This document shows positions 30,223 through 40,089 of a DNA stretch of 64,000 bases, piece after piece. Position 1 is the first letter of the stretch. Every line of letters starts with the position of its first letter. A program made the position numbers and the translations under genes. The DNA comes from Candidatus Poribacteria bacterium (GTDB lineage Bacteria > Poribacteria > WGA-4E > WGA-3G): assembly GCA_965242965.1 (NCBI GenBank), contig OZ251518.1, positions 5,088,001-5,152,000 on the forward strand, given 5' to 3'. Under the pieces are notes generated by a model. The model was not told the DNA's origin. It saw only the letters and a program-made list of their open reading frames with translations, and did no database searches.

Positions 30223-31701
30223 CTATTCAAAACCGCCAACTTTGGCAGCCTCAGGCGCACGCGTCGGAAGTTCTTTCTTCGCCAACGTGTCCTCAGGCAC
30301 ATAGCCGGAGTAGTCGGAAATCGAGCCGTGCGTCAACGCATACACGACGACGTTCGTCATGAAACGATACACACCCGGCGAATAGTGGACACTCCGCGTC
30401 GGGAGACTTACCGATTCCATCGCGCACATATAGTCACGACGGACAACGATGACAGACAACTTCTCGCCGACGGAGATACCTTCGAGGTAGTTCCGCTTCG
30501 GCGGACGCGTCCCCCACCAGAAGATGTCAAAACCAACCGGCGGGCCGCCCATTTCGTAGAAGTTATCGTAGACCTCGTGGTCATTTTCGATTCGTTCGAT
30601 CTGGTATTCCGGCATGACATAACGCATCTGCGCGAGGAAGAGACGAATCATCGCCTGCGCGGGCGCGTTCACACCGCAGTCGTCAAAGACGAGGAACCCG
30701 CCTTTTTCGACGAGATACCGGCGCATGCCAGCGGCTTCGGTTTCAGTGAGCCGGCTGTCCATTTTACCGCCGCCATACTGTCTACCGAGCAAGTTCCGAG
30801 AACGCGTGAGGGAAGGATCGTGCCCTGTCATGAAGACGAAGGGTGTCTTGAAGAGGTTCGCATCGGTGAGTTTCAATGCGCCACCCTCAACGTTCATGTC
30901 CGTCTTGATTTTCGTCCGTTCGTTGAGCCACTTCGTCAAAGCGTTCAGCGAGGATGCATCAGCCCACCAGTCAGAAAGACTGTGACGGATACGCGTGAAA
31001 CGGAAGACACCGCGGATGTCGCGGCCTTTACCGATGACACGGCCACCGGGTTCGCCTCTGGGCAGCGGCGGCACTTCAACGTTACCGAGGGTGATGTTTT
31101 CAACGACATCGCCGAGAGCGTCGCGCGCGGCACCAACGTGCTCAACCATCGCGAGGCCAGGCGGCCGTTCAAAAGCGACTTTCACCTGCACTGCGCCGCC
31201 TGCTACACCGCGGCCGATATTCGCCGGGCCAGCGGAGGGAGCGGTTGCAACGGGTGCAGAGAACGCCAGCGCACCGGGTGCATCGGATACCGGCAGGTCT
31301 GTGTGAGTAACCACCTGCGGCACGGGCGCGTTTGGTGTGACAACTTTCGGCACGTTCGGATTAATCGGCGCGTCTACCTTCACCGCGGTGTTGGAAAATT
31401 CCAATACCGTCTGCGGCTGGAAGTTGGACTTCGCAGTAAACGCAGTGGTGACACGCGGCTGCACTTGGACTTGTTCCACGACGACAGTATTCTGCGTCGG
31501 AACGGTAGGTTTGATAACAGGCTTGACAACGGGCTTACGCACCTTCGGCTTCGGCGGTTCCTTCGGTTGAAGGACTTCGGCACCAACCAGGTCTTTGAAC
31601 TTTTCAGTCTGGGTAACGAGATAGATACCCGCTATGAAAGCGATGACCGCGTGTAGCACGAGCGAAGTCATGAAGGCACCGGAAGTTCTTTTGGCACTCA
31701 T
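30223..31701 (-). CDS. DUF4159 domain protein with TonB-like anchor and Pro-rich linker
   Basis: SLVLH TM, PKPKV linker, PFVFMTGH..RRYLVEKGGFLVFDDC..NVVVYALTH; GGAGG RBS. Confidence 0.8.
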   Translation of the reverse strand: MSAKRTSGAFMTSLVLHAVIAFIAGIYLVTQTEKFKDLVGAEVLQPKEPPKPKVRKPVVKPVIKPTVPTQNTVVVEQVQVQPRVTTAFTAKSNFQPQTVLEFSNTAVKVDAPINPNVPKVVTPNAPVPQVVTHTDLPVSDAPGALAFSAPVATAPSAGPANIGRGVAGGAVQVKVAFERPPGLAMVEHVGAARDALGDVVENITLGNVEVPPLPRGEPGGRVIGKGRDIRGVFRFTRIRHSLSDWWADASSLNALTKWLNERTKIKTDMNVEGGALKLTDANLFKTPFVFMTGHDPSLTRSRNLLGRQYGGGKMDSRLTETEAAGMRRYLVEKGGFLVFDDCGVNAPAQAMIRLFLAQMRYVMPEYQIERIENDHEVYDNFYEMGGPPVGFDIFWWGTRPPKRNYLEGISVGEKLSVIVVRRDYMCAMESVSLPTRSVHYSPGVYRFMTNVVVYALTHGSISDYSGYVPEDTLAKKELPTRAPEAAKVGGFE

Positions 31702-31823
31702 CTTTTTACCTCCAAGGGATGTTGGTTTCGCGGCACGTATCCGCGTAGGCATGCTTTAGCAGCGCGCCTACGAGATGCCGCGAAAATTCCTAGAAAAAAT
31801 AAAATTGTTGATGCAAATTAGAT

Positions 31824-31840
31824 AGCAAATTGTATGCCAA
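31824..31840 (-). promoter_or_regulatory. Sigma54 promoter
   Basis: TTGGCATACAATTTGCT matches TGGCAC-N5-TTGC; about 120 bp upstream of the DUF4159 gene. Confidence 0.7.
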
Positions 31841-31973
31841 CTCATTTGCGCCTATTTCGGCATCAAAACCGGAAAATTGCACGAAAAGGGGCAATATTCT
31901 TTCCATACTGCACAAAAAGGTGCAATTTCCGATTTAGCCGGTAGTTGGGAGTCGCTTCGGGCAGCAACTCGGT

Positions 31974-32005
31974 GCGTCAGGGTGAATGAAAATCCACCCT
32001 GACGC
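31974..32005. terminator. Stem-loop after the lipoprotein gene
   Basis: GCGTCAGGGTG..CACCCTGACGC. Confidence 0.5.
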
Positions 32006-32021
32006 TAACCCCGAGCGGGTT

Positions 32022-32672
32022 TTACGGTGCCCGGTCTTTTTCGGTGGAGAAAAATTTGTCGATACGCGGATCCGCCTTTTTCCAACTGAAGATAGTCAGG
32101 TTATTCTGCGTGACACTATCCAGTTGCTGAATTAACCACTCATCCCCTTTCTTTACGAAATAGAGGTGTGTCTCGCCGGGAAACGCGCCTTTGTAGCAGT
32201 TGTAGCCGACTGCGCTGGCTTCCTTCCGGCGAATCCAAAAGTCAGTTAACTGGGGAGACGTGCCCCATTTGGCACCTTTCGTTCCGATGCCGATCCACAA
32301 TCCTTCGATACCGATTTTGACATCGTTCCAGCCTGCGGCAACAGGCACAGGCTCGTTCCCTGCGAAGATGGTGCCAAAGACAATGGAGCCGGTATCAAAC
32401 GTTTCGGCGATTGCCTTGATGTCGTTATCGTTAAATGCCTCATAGAAGGCAGTGAAAACTTCTTGAAGCGCGGCTTTCTCCGCCTCAAAATCGATCGGTC
32501 TGCTCGCAACAATCGGTCCCTCATCGTCGGAACTCGTCGCTGCGGGAGTCGCTGTCGGTGACTCGGCGGTTTCCTCTGCATCGTCGCTACCGCAGCCGAC
32601 GATGCCGACGCTCATAATGCCCATCGCAAATAGGGCGATCAGAAGCGATGTAAACATGAATCGCAATTGCAT
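32022..32672 (-). CDS. Lipoprotein, NTF2/SnoaL-like fold
   Basis: Lipobox IVGC; FYEAFNDNDIKAIAETF; VKKGDEWLI; GGAGG RBS. Confidence 0.7.
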   Translation of the reverse strand: MQLRFMFTSLLIALFAMGIMSVGIVGCGSDDAEETAESPTATPAATSSDDEGPIVASRPIDFEAEKAALQEVFTAFYEAFNDNDIKAIAETFDTGSIVFGTIFAGNEPVPVAAGWNDVKIGIEGLWIGIGTKGAKWGTSPQLTDFWIRRKEASAVGYNCYKGAFPGETHLYFVKKGDEWLIQQLDSVTQNNLTIFSWKKADPRIDKFFSTEKDRAP

Positions 32673-32798
32673 TTTTGCAAATTCCTCCTATTAAATTCAC
32701 TTGTCACATCTAAAAAGACGTAGTTAAACCCGTTTGCGCTCAGGCGAGCGCAAACTACAGAATGGCTTGTCACATCTAAAAAGATGCAGTTAAATACT

Positions 32799-32827
32799 AT
32801 TATACTTTATTTCCAAAAAAATGTCAA
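32799..32827 (-). promoter_or_regulatory. Consensus sigma70 promoter
   Basis: TTGACA-17 nt-TATAAT on the minus strand. Confidence 0.8.
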
Positions 32828-34026
32828 GTTAATCTTTTATCCCGAAGATCGATTGCCTGAATCACATCTGCAACCTGAATCTCCGACATGCATCCTTCCC
32901 CACCAAATCGGCACGTGGTACCGAGGCACGGTGGACAGTCCGGCTTCTGTCGGAGTGTTTGACATTGCGCGCCGACGGGCCCAAACCGTCCCGGGTCACC
33001 GGGCCCGTAAAGTCCAATCGTCGGGATGCCAACCGCTGCGGCGAGGTGCATCGGACCGCTGTCGTTACCAATGAACAATTGACATAGTTGCAAGATTGAT
33101 GCCAGCTGTGTGAGACTGGTTTTTCCTGCGATATTGAATGACTTCTCTCGCATCAACGCTTGAATTTCCGCAATTATCGGCATTTCCGCATCGACACCCA
33201 CGAAAATAATTTTTGCACGTTTTTGTGCAACTAACCAATCCGCGAGTTTGGCATAGCGTTCGGGCCGCCACCTCTTCAGTGCAACCGGAGAGCCTGGGTG
33301 AATAGCAACCAGTGTTTCCCTCGTAGGAGGAGGCCCTGTCCCTCGCCGTGCCGCATGAACCTGTGGTTCCACCGTAGGGCGAGGGCCTGTCCCTCGCCAT
33401 GCCACATGAACCCCGCGCGCCGCAAGAAAATCCGCCGCCCATCTCTTATCTTCTGCCGTTACAGGAAACGTCGGCGTTTGCACCGGCGTTGGAATGCCTG
33501 CACGGTTGAGGACATCAAGGTTACGCGTAGTCTCGTGCGTGCCGCTAAATCGGGAAAATCCCAACTTATTAGCAACCTGCAGGGCGGCACGTCCGATCTG
33601 CTTCGGGGCAACCCGTAAAAGCGCGAAACAGACAATGCGCCAATCACCGCGGAGTTCCACTACCAACTCATATTTTTCGTGGCGCAGGCGGCGATAGAGT
33701 TGAACAGCCTCTAGCAACCGCGTCGGTTGTTCTCCCGTGCGACAAAAGAACGGTGAATTATATTCAATTACTTCATCTACCGCCGGTTGGTTCTCCAAAA
33801 CAACGCGGCTCCATTTGCCGGCGAGCGCGTGCAGTTCGGCGTTTGGATACGCCTGACGTAAATTGTCAAACACCGGTGTTGCGAGTAGGACATCGCCGAC
33901 GTGGTCCAACTTGATCACAAGGATGCGCTTGGGGATCCAGTCTTTCGGCATCCCTTTGCGATAGAATAGCCATTGCACAGCGGCGGCGGTTATCAGTGTG
34001 AGGGTTTCAAGCACATTCCGAAGCAC
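32824..34026 (-). CDS. Glycosyltransferase family 9 (heptosyltransferase-like)
   Basis: ILVIKLDHVGDVLL, IHPGS..KRW, GNDSGPMHLAAAVG; in-frame REP insert at 33322-33411. Confidence 0.9.
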   Translation of the reverse strand: MLRNVLETLTLITAAAVQWLFYRKGMPKDWIPKRILVIKLDHVGDVLLATPVFDNLRQAYPNAELHALAGKWSRVVLENQPAVDEVIEYNSPFFCRTGEQPTRLLEAVQLYRRLRHEKYELVVELRGDWRIVCFALLRVAPKQIGRAALQVANKLGFSRFSGTHETTRNLDVLNRAGIPTPVQTPTFPVTAEDKRWAADFLAARGVHVAWRGTGPRPTVEPQVHAARRGTGPPPTRETLVAIHPGSPVALKRWRPERYAKLADWLVAQKRAKIIFVGVDAEMPIIAEIQALMREKSFNIAGKTSLTQLASILQLCQLFIGNDSGPMHLAAAVGIPTIGLYGPGDPGRFGPVGAQCQTLRQKPDCPPCLGTTCRFGGEGCMSEIQVADVIQAIDLRDKRLT

Positions 34027-34039
34027 GTTCTATTTCCTC

Positions 34040-34645
34040 TTATGCCTCCTGTCTCACCATGCTGGCGAGAACGCCGAGAATCCTGTCGCACCGCTCCAGC
34101 GTGTAGATTCTCATATCAATGTGGAGAGTTTTGTCAACTAGTTTGAGGAAAAGCCAGTCTGTCCCGGATGTGATGGCCCCATAGATACGCGGGATGCTAT
34201 TTCCTTGTTCGGCGTTAAAGCGTTGCGCTGCTACCATCTCCGCAGCACACTGGGCAACGCCCAACTTCACGTCTGAGTTTTTTGCCGCAACAAGCGCGAT
34301 GACAGGTGCTTCCAACTCAAACGCCTCCGGCGACAAACTCACCAGAAAATCACATACCCCTGTCAATTCTTTGCTGGCATCGACATTGAAATCAATCCCC
34401 GAAAAAAGGCTGACACGATTGTCAAAGTGGATGCAAAGTTCAACGAGCACTTCGGAGATAATCAGTTCGGACTTCGCCTTCTCCGTGCCCATGGCGAGGG
34501 CGAAAGGCATATTTCGCTCTAACACCGCGGTGAGCAGCGCGCTCGGCTCAACCGGTTCAATGTCAGCGAAAATGCCCCACTTCCGGACCGTGTCAAGTTC
34601 AAACGTCTTCCGCACTTGTCCTAAGGTAAAGTTGCTATACGCCAT
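34040..34645 (-). CDS. PD-(D/E)xK-fold hypothetical protein, paralog 2 (ExK motif is AAK)
   Basis: TEKAKSE, GVCDFL, QCAAEMVAAQRFN, YGAITSG. Confidence 0.75.
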   Translation of the reverse strand: MAYSNFTLGQVRKTFELDTVRKWGIFADIEPVEPSALLTAVLERNMPFALAMGTEKAKSELIISEVLVELCIHFDNRVSLFSGIDFNVDASKELTGVCDFLVSLSPEAFELEAPVIALVAAKNSDVKLGVAQCAAEMVAAQRFNAEQGNSIPRIYGAITSGTDWLFLKLVDKTLHIDMRIYTLERCDRILGVLASMVRQEA

Positions 34646-34658
34646 GATGAGAACCTCA

Positions 34659-34779
34659 TGTTCGGAATGGAATTTTGACGTAGCGCGGGGGCCTGTCCCC
34701 CGCGAACCTCGCTACAAAGCATTCTGTTCGGAATGGAATTTTGACGTAGCGCGGGGGCCTGTCCCCCGCGAACCTCGCT
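34659..34779. repeat. 66-bp direct duplication containing a REP hairpin
   Basis: TGTTCGGAATGGAATTTTGACGTAGCGCGGGGGCCTGTCCCCCGCGAACCTCGCT twice. Confidence 0.9.
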
Positions 34780-34788
34780 TACAGTGCT

Positions 34789-35394
34789 TCACGCCTCCTG
34801 TTTCACCATACTCGCAAGGATGCCGAGAAGCCTGTCGCACCTATCAATGGAATAGGCTGTCATGTCAATGGAGAGCTGCCTGCCTTCCAACTTAAGGAAT
34901 AGCCAATTCATCCCGGAGGTAGTCGCGCCGTAGACGCACGGAATGTCATTCCCGTGTTCGGCATTAAAGCGTTGCGCCGCCACCATCTCCGCAACACACT
35001 GCCCAAGCCCATCTTTGAGACTGTCTTTTTTTGCCTCCACTAGGACGATAACCGGTGCTGTCACAGAAAATTGATTCGGTGACAGGCTCACTAAAAAATC
35101 GCAAACCCCAGTCAACTCGTTTTTCGCATCAACGTTGAAGTCAACCCCCGAAAAGAGACTGATACGGCCTTCAAAATGCTCGCGGAGTTCAACCAGAATA
35201 TCGGTAACAATCATCTCCGATTTCGCCTTCTCGGTGCCAATCGCAATGGCGAGCGGGGCCTTTTTTGCCAATCCCGCGGAGAGATACTCACTCGGCACTA
35301 CCGGTGCCGCTTCGGCAAAAATACCAATAACCTGCAGGATTCCCAGGTCAAACGTTTCCTGCACAGAATCGAAGGTAAAACTGCTATATGGCAT
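34789..35394 (-). CDS. PD-(D/E)xK-fold hypothetical protein, paralog 1
   Basis: GVCDFL..LVEAKK..GQCVAEMVAAQRFN; clearly similar to 34040-34645. Confidence 0.75.
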   Translation of the reverse strand: MPYSSFTFDSVQETFDLGILQVIGIFAEAAPVVPSEYLSAGLAKKAPLAIAIGTEKAKSEMIVTDILVELREHFEGRISLFSGVDFNVDAKNELTGVCDFLVSLSPNQFSVTAPVIVLVEAKKDSLKDGLGQCVAEMVAAQRFNAEHGNDIPCVYGATTSGMNWLFLKLEGRQLSIDMTAYSIDRCDRLLGILASMVKQEA

Positions 35395-35429
35395 TATGAG
35401 AAAACCTCCCAGATACTATCTCATTTTTA

Positions 35430-35547
35430 GTATACCTGATTTTTCAGCGAAATGCAAGGAAATTAATAGTGCCTGATTTTTTCTGTGAAAATCAATATTG
35501 TTCCGCGAGAAAACTACCTTGCATCAACTGACAAAATTTGCTATACT
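35430..35547. promoter_or_regulatory. Divergent sigma70-type promoters
   Basis: TTGCAT-17-TATACT on each strand. Confidence 0.6.
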
Positions 35548-35568
35548 ATCTGCAGGCGGGAACGAAAT

Positions 35569-38118
35569 ATGCAGTTTATCAAACACTTTTCAGAAATTAT
35601 GGACGAAGACCTCGGGCATGTCGGCGGAAAAGCACTCAACCTCGGCAAATTGACGCGCGCCGGATTTGCTGTCCCTAACGGGTTCTGTCTCACAACAGAT
35701 GCCTATCGGTTTTCGGTGAAAGACGTGCCAGAAGTTGCAAAAGACATCGCGTTGGCACCCGCACTTATCGCCGCAATTCAGGACGCGCGCGCGCGGTTGC
35801 AGACAGATACCGTCGCAGTCCGTTCCAGTGCAACCGCCGAAGACCTGGGGGATGCTAGCTTCGCCGGACAACAGGATACATTCCTCAACGTTACCGACGA
35901 CACGCTATTGGATGCTGTGAAGGCGTGCTGGGCATCCCTCCGCTCTTCACGTGCAATCGCCTATCGGCAAACACAAGGCATCTCCGAGGAAGACTTGGCG
36001 ATGGCGGTTGTCGTGCAAGAGATGTGTCCTGCCGAAGTTGCCGGCGTGCTGTTCACGGTAAGTCCTTTTGACGAAAATGTCTGCATCATTGAATCCAATT
36101 GGGGACTCGGCGAATCGGTCGTCTCCGGCGAAATTACGCCTGACAACTTCCATGTCGCGCGGGAAACAGGTGAGGTTATCAAAAAAACGGTTGCGAAAAA
36201 AACGGAGATGGTCAGCGCGTTTTGTAAGCGCGCCCCAGTGCCTCTTGCGAAACAGGACATACCGAGCCTCACAGACGCACAACTGAAATCCCTCGCTAAA
36301 CTCGGCATGCAGGTAGAGGCATTTTACGGACAACCGATGGATGTTGAATGGGCTTTTGCTGACAGCGAATTGTTCTTGCTGCAGGCGAGAACTATTACAG
36401 GACAGAAAAAAGCGGCGCGCTTGCAATGCATGTCTATGGGAACTACGGAAGCTGTGGAAAAACTGCGCCAAGAGGAAATCCGCCGCCTAGAAAAACGCGC
36501 CGATAAACACGGCACCGTCTGGTGTCATCACAACATCGCCGAGGTTCTGCCCGCGCCGTTGCCGATGACATGGGAAATCGTCAAGGAATTTATGTCGGGC
36601 AACGGTGGCTTAGGCATTGCGTATCGCAATTTAGGTTACTATCCCAGCGCGCGCGTGGATACAATGGGCATCCTTGACTTGGTTTGCGGCCGCATCTACG
36701 TCAACCTAAACCGAGAAACCGAACTCTATTTTGACGGCTACCCCCTCGCGCACGATTTTGAAACACTGAAACGGGAACCGCAAAAGGCGATGTACGCGCA
36801 AGCCGCACCGAATATCCGTCACAGCTCCGCTTCGTTTTGGTTCAAACTCCCGATACACCTCGTGCGGATGAGTAGTGCGGAATTACGTCTACGCAAACAA
36901 CGTCTCGATTTTGACAGGCGGTTGACAGAGCAAGTATTCCCGCAGTTCCAAGCGACAGTTAAAACGGAGTGGAACATCACCTATCCCCACCTGTCCGATA
37001 CGGAAGTGGTGGAGAAGTTCCAGGAATGGCGCACCAAAACCTTGCGCGAATTCGCACCACAGGCACTGATGGCGACGCTCCTCGCAGGATTTTCACTGCA
37101 GCGGCTAGAGACAGGATTCGCAAAGTGTCTCGATGAAACCGAAGCGAAGGGACTCACACAACAACTCATCACCGGTTTATCGGGCAACCTCACCGTCGAA
37201 ACGAATGAAAAATTGTGGCAAGTAGCAGTGGGAACCCTTTCTCTTAACGAATTCTTGGCGGAGGCCGGACATCGCGCTGTCGGTGAATTTGAATTGGCGC
37301 AACCGCGCTGGCGCGAGGATACGAGTTATCTTGAGCAGATTATCGCTTCTTTTCGGACGCGCTTGAAAGATGATAGAAAGAACGCGCGCGTTGCAAACGG
37401 TGAAGGTGCCTCTCAACAACGCGAAGAAGCAGAAAACCGCCTCGCCGAGTTGCTGAAAAATAAAAAGAACTTGTGGAAACAGATTGGGGAAGAACTCGCG
37501 TTCACACGCCGTTATATGCCGTTTCGCGAAACGGCGAAATTTTATCTCATGCTCGGTTATGAGCAAATTCGGCGCGCTTTAGTAGAACTTGACAGGCGGT
37601 ATCAACTCAATGGCGGCATTTTCTATCTGGTGCCAGATGAATTAACTCGGCTTATCAACGGTGAAGATTTTAGCCGCATCATTGCAGAACGCAAATCACA
37701 GCGAGATGCCTTGCTACAGATTGAACTTCCCGATGTCCTCTTTAGCGATTCCCTAATGGAAAAGTTGTCTGATGAAGAGACAGCGCAAACCTCGCCTACG
37801 CATGCGTATACCGGCGTGGGCATCTCCGCGGGCGTAGCGACAGGCCCCGCGCGTGTGCTTTTGGACCCGGGGGATGTCCATCCGAAAGACCGGGGATACA
37901 TTCTGGTGTGTCCCTCGACAGACCCGGGGTGGACACCGCTCTTTCTGCACGCCGCGGGGTTAGTCATGGAGCGCGGCGGTATGTTATCGCACGGCGCGGT
38001 AGTAGCACGAGAATACGGCATTCCCGCCATCGCCAACATCCCGAACGCAACCCGAAACATCGCTGATGGACAGCAACTCCACATCGATGGAAACCGAGGC
38101 ACTGTATCTATTGGCTAG
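35569..38118 (+). CDS. PEP-utilising enzyme, PEP synthase / rifampicin phosphotransferase-like architecture
   Basis: VGGKALNL, AVRSSATAED..SFAGQQDT, DVEWA..LQARTIT, C-terminal TDPGWTPLF..GGMLSHGAVVAREYGIP. Confidence 0.9.
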   Translation: MQFIKHFSEIMDEDLGHVGGKALNLGKLTRAGFAVPNGFCLTTDAYRFSVKDVPEVAKDIALAPALIAAIQDARARLQTDTVAVRSSATAEDLGDASFAGQQDTFLNVTDDTLLDAVKACWASLRSSRAIAYRQTQGISEEDLAMAVVVQEMCPAEVAGVLFTVSPFDENVCIIESNWGLGESVVSGEITPDNFHVARETGEVIKKTVAKKTEMVSAFCKRAPVPLAKQDIPSLTDAQLKSLAKLGMQVEAFYGQPMDVEWAFADSELFLLQARTITGQKKAARLQCMSMGTTEAVEKLRQEEIRRLEKRADKHGTVWCHHNIAEVLPAPLPMTWEIVKEFMSGNGGLGIAYRNLGYYPSARVDTMGILDLVCGRIYVNLNRETELYFDGYPLAHDFETLKREPQKAMYAQAAPNIRHSSASFWFKLPIHLVRMSSAELRLRKQRLDFDRRLTEQVFPQFQATVKTEWNITYPHLSDTEVVEKFQEWRTKTLREFAPQALMATLLAGFSLQRLETGFAKCLDETEAKGLTQQLITGLSGNLTVETNEKLWQVAVGTLSLNEFLAEAGHRAVGEFELAQPRWREDTSYLEQIIASFRTRLKDDRKNARVANGEGASQQREEAENRLAELLKNKKNLWKQIGEELAFTRRYMPFRETAKFYLMLGYEQIRRALVELDRRYQLNGGIFYLVPDELTRLINGEDFSRIIAERKSQRDALLQIELPDVLFSDSLMEKLSDEETAQTSPTHAYTGVGISAGVATGPARVLLDPGDVHPKDRGYILVCPSTDPGWTPLFLHAAGLVMERGGMLSHGAVVAREYGIPAIANIPNATRNIADGQQLHIDGNRGTVSIG

Positions 38119-38166
38119 CACCGCCATCAACGTAGGACGAGGAGATGCCCCTCGCAGACTAGAACC

Positions 38167-39288
38167 ATGAACATCAACCACAGCGAATTTGTTGGCAATT
38201 GGAGCCGAGATTCCCGCTACACAACCGAAACCTACACCCGCAAACGCCAAAGCATTCGGCAAAAGACGCGGAAATCGTTCCTCATCTCCCTCATCATCCA
38301 CGCCATCGCGCTCGGCGTGGTGAGTTTCAGTTACATCCGGTGGTATCATCCCGTGCAGCCTTCTGAACCGCTCGTCTCTGAGGCAATCGAGGTGACGAAT
38401 GTCCCGCGCTTTCACGTGACGAGTCCCCAGAAACGCTCAATGTTTACGGCGAGACGTTCCACACCTACCTTACCCACCGTGACTGCCGGCGCAGATGCGC
38501 CTATGCGGCCGACCCCGGCATCTAGTAGTTCTCGGATGCTGATGCCTGGCACAGACGCGCGACTCCCGATGGCAGAAACATCGCTGAGCGAACAGACGAC
38601 AAAAACACCGGCGTGGAAATCGCTTGGCACCTCCTCGGCGCAAGTGCCTACCCTGCAGCGTAATCCTGTCCATCGGCGCGGGCAACAGCGCGCAACTGTC
38701 ACAGCCGAACCCGCAAGCGCGGCAGCACCCGTTGACAGAGATGCAGAAATGGGCGAAGCACTAGAGGGCATCGCCGAAAGCATCGCGGACAGCAACGGTG
38801 AGCCTGTCACTGTCGACATTGTTTTTTTGCTTGACATTAGTGGCAGTATGATAGATAATATCCGTGCTGTCGGTAGACAACTGAGTCAGATGGTAGAGGT
38901 ATTTGAAAAGAAAAACGTTGATTTCACCCTCGGCATCGTGATTTTCAGATACCTTGAGGACGATACCATTATCCACCCGCAAACGCGGGATGTGGAGAGA
39001 TATAAGCGGCTGTTGACTTCGCACGTCGTCGCGGCGGCGGGAGATGAGCGCGCGCATAACGCCATCATCAAAACAATTCGTCGCGTCAATTTTCGTCAAG
39101 GCGTAAATCGCCGATTCGTCCTCGTCACCGATGAAGCGAGCAAAGGTTCTTACTCGCTATCCGATGTGCTGGTGCAGTGTTTGCAACAGAAAATTGTCGT
39201 TGATGTCATCGGCATTAACCACACGACGCACAAGGCTTTAACCGTTAAAACTGGGGGACTCTGGTTTCCCATTCCAAAACAACTGTAA
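38167..39288 (+). CDS. VWA domain protein with TonB-like anchor
   Basis: SLIIH TM, low-complexity linker, MIDAS DISGS, VLVTDE. Confidence 0.85.
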   Translation: MNINHSEFVGNWSRDSRYTTETYTRKRQSIRQKTRKSFLISLIIHAIALGVVSFSYIRWYHPVQPSEPLVSEAIEVTNVPRFHVTSPQKRSMFTARRSTPTLPTVTAGADAPMRPTPASSSSRMLMPGTDARLPMAETSLSEQTTKTPAWKSLGTSSAQVPTLQRNPVHRRGQQRATVTAEPASAAAPVDRDAEMGEALEGIAESIADSNGEPVTVDIVFLLDISGSMIDNIRAVGRQLSQMVEVFEKKNVDFTLGIVIFRYLEDDTIIHPQTRDVERYKRLLTSHVVAAAGDERAHNAIIKTIRRVNFRQGVNRRFVLVTDEASKGSYSLSDVLVQCLQQKIVVDVIGINHTTHKALTVKTGGLWFPIPKQL

Positions 39289-39321
39289 GCGCGCCCTTCC
39301 GGGCTCAAAGGAGAATCATCA

Positions 39322-40089
39322 ATGAAATGGTCACTGAATACGTATCAAACGTGCCAAGATTGGGAACTTGAACAGATACTTGAAACCGCTGAGGCTACCG
39401 GGTATCACGGCGTTGAATTCTTAATGGATTACAAACAGAAGCACGGCTTTGAGTGGGACACGCCGCGCGCCGAATGGGGCCGCTTAAAGGCACACGTTGA
39501 CGTTAGCGGCGTGGTTATCTCATCGCTGACGAGCTGCCAGAATTTCCACGCCGAAGCCCCCGAAGACAGGAAAGAGAGCGTCCGTCGTATCACACGCGTC
39601 ATTGACATGGCGGAATTTATGGGCTGTGCTCATGTCCGTGTCCTTGGCGATAGATATACCGATGAAACGAAGGAAGCCGTCATCGGTTATGTCACTGAAG
39701 GGTTGAAGCAACTCGGTAACCACGCCGGCCCGAAGGACATTACCGTCTCTATTGAGATGCACGGCTCTTTCACCGACCCGGGTTCGGCGATGCGCGTCAT
39801 TGAGGCGGTGAACCTGCCGAACGTCGGCTTCGTCTTCAACTCACAATTTGTCGGATGCGAGGCGGGCAGCATTGAACCGCTGTTTTCGCGCGTGGCACCG
39901 CATATCACTGCCGTGCATACGCACCGCGTCGAAGAACCAGCGACGTTTGAGCTCTATCGACAGATGTTTGAATGGCTCAACCGCATCGGTTTTTCGGGTT
40001 ACATTTCCAACGAGTGCGCGTATACAGGGCCAGACCCGGAGAAGGTCCTCGCGCTTTATGTTGGACTGTTCAAAGCGTTTATCCCGTAG
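39322..40089 (+). CDS. Sugar-phosphate isomerase/epimerase (TIM barrel)
   Basis: GYHGVEF, SIEMHG, AVHTH, GYISNE. Confidence 0.85.
   Translation: MKWSLNTYQTCQDWELEQILETAEATGYHGVEFLMDYKQKHGFEWDTPRAEWGRLKAHVDVSGVVISSLTSCQNFHAEAPEDRKESVRRITRVIDMAEFMGCAHVRVLGDRYTDETKEAVIGYVTEGLKQLGNHAGPKDITVSIEMHGSFTDPGSAMRVIEAVNLPNVGFVFNSQFVGCEAGSIEPLFSRVAPHITAVHTHRVEEPATFELYRQMFEWLNRIGFSGYISNECAYTGPDPEKVLALYVGLFKAFIP

Noticed and set aside
30328-31656. Long antisense ORFs (also 10062-11273, 5042-5881, 62645-63511)
   Set aside because: Shadows of real genes on the opposite strand with no recognisable motifs
35569-38118. Rifampicin resistance gene rph
   Set aside because: Domain order fits but substrate cannot be inferred from the sequence alone
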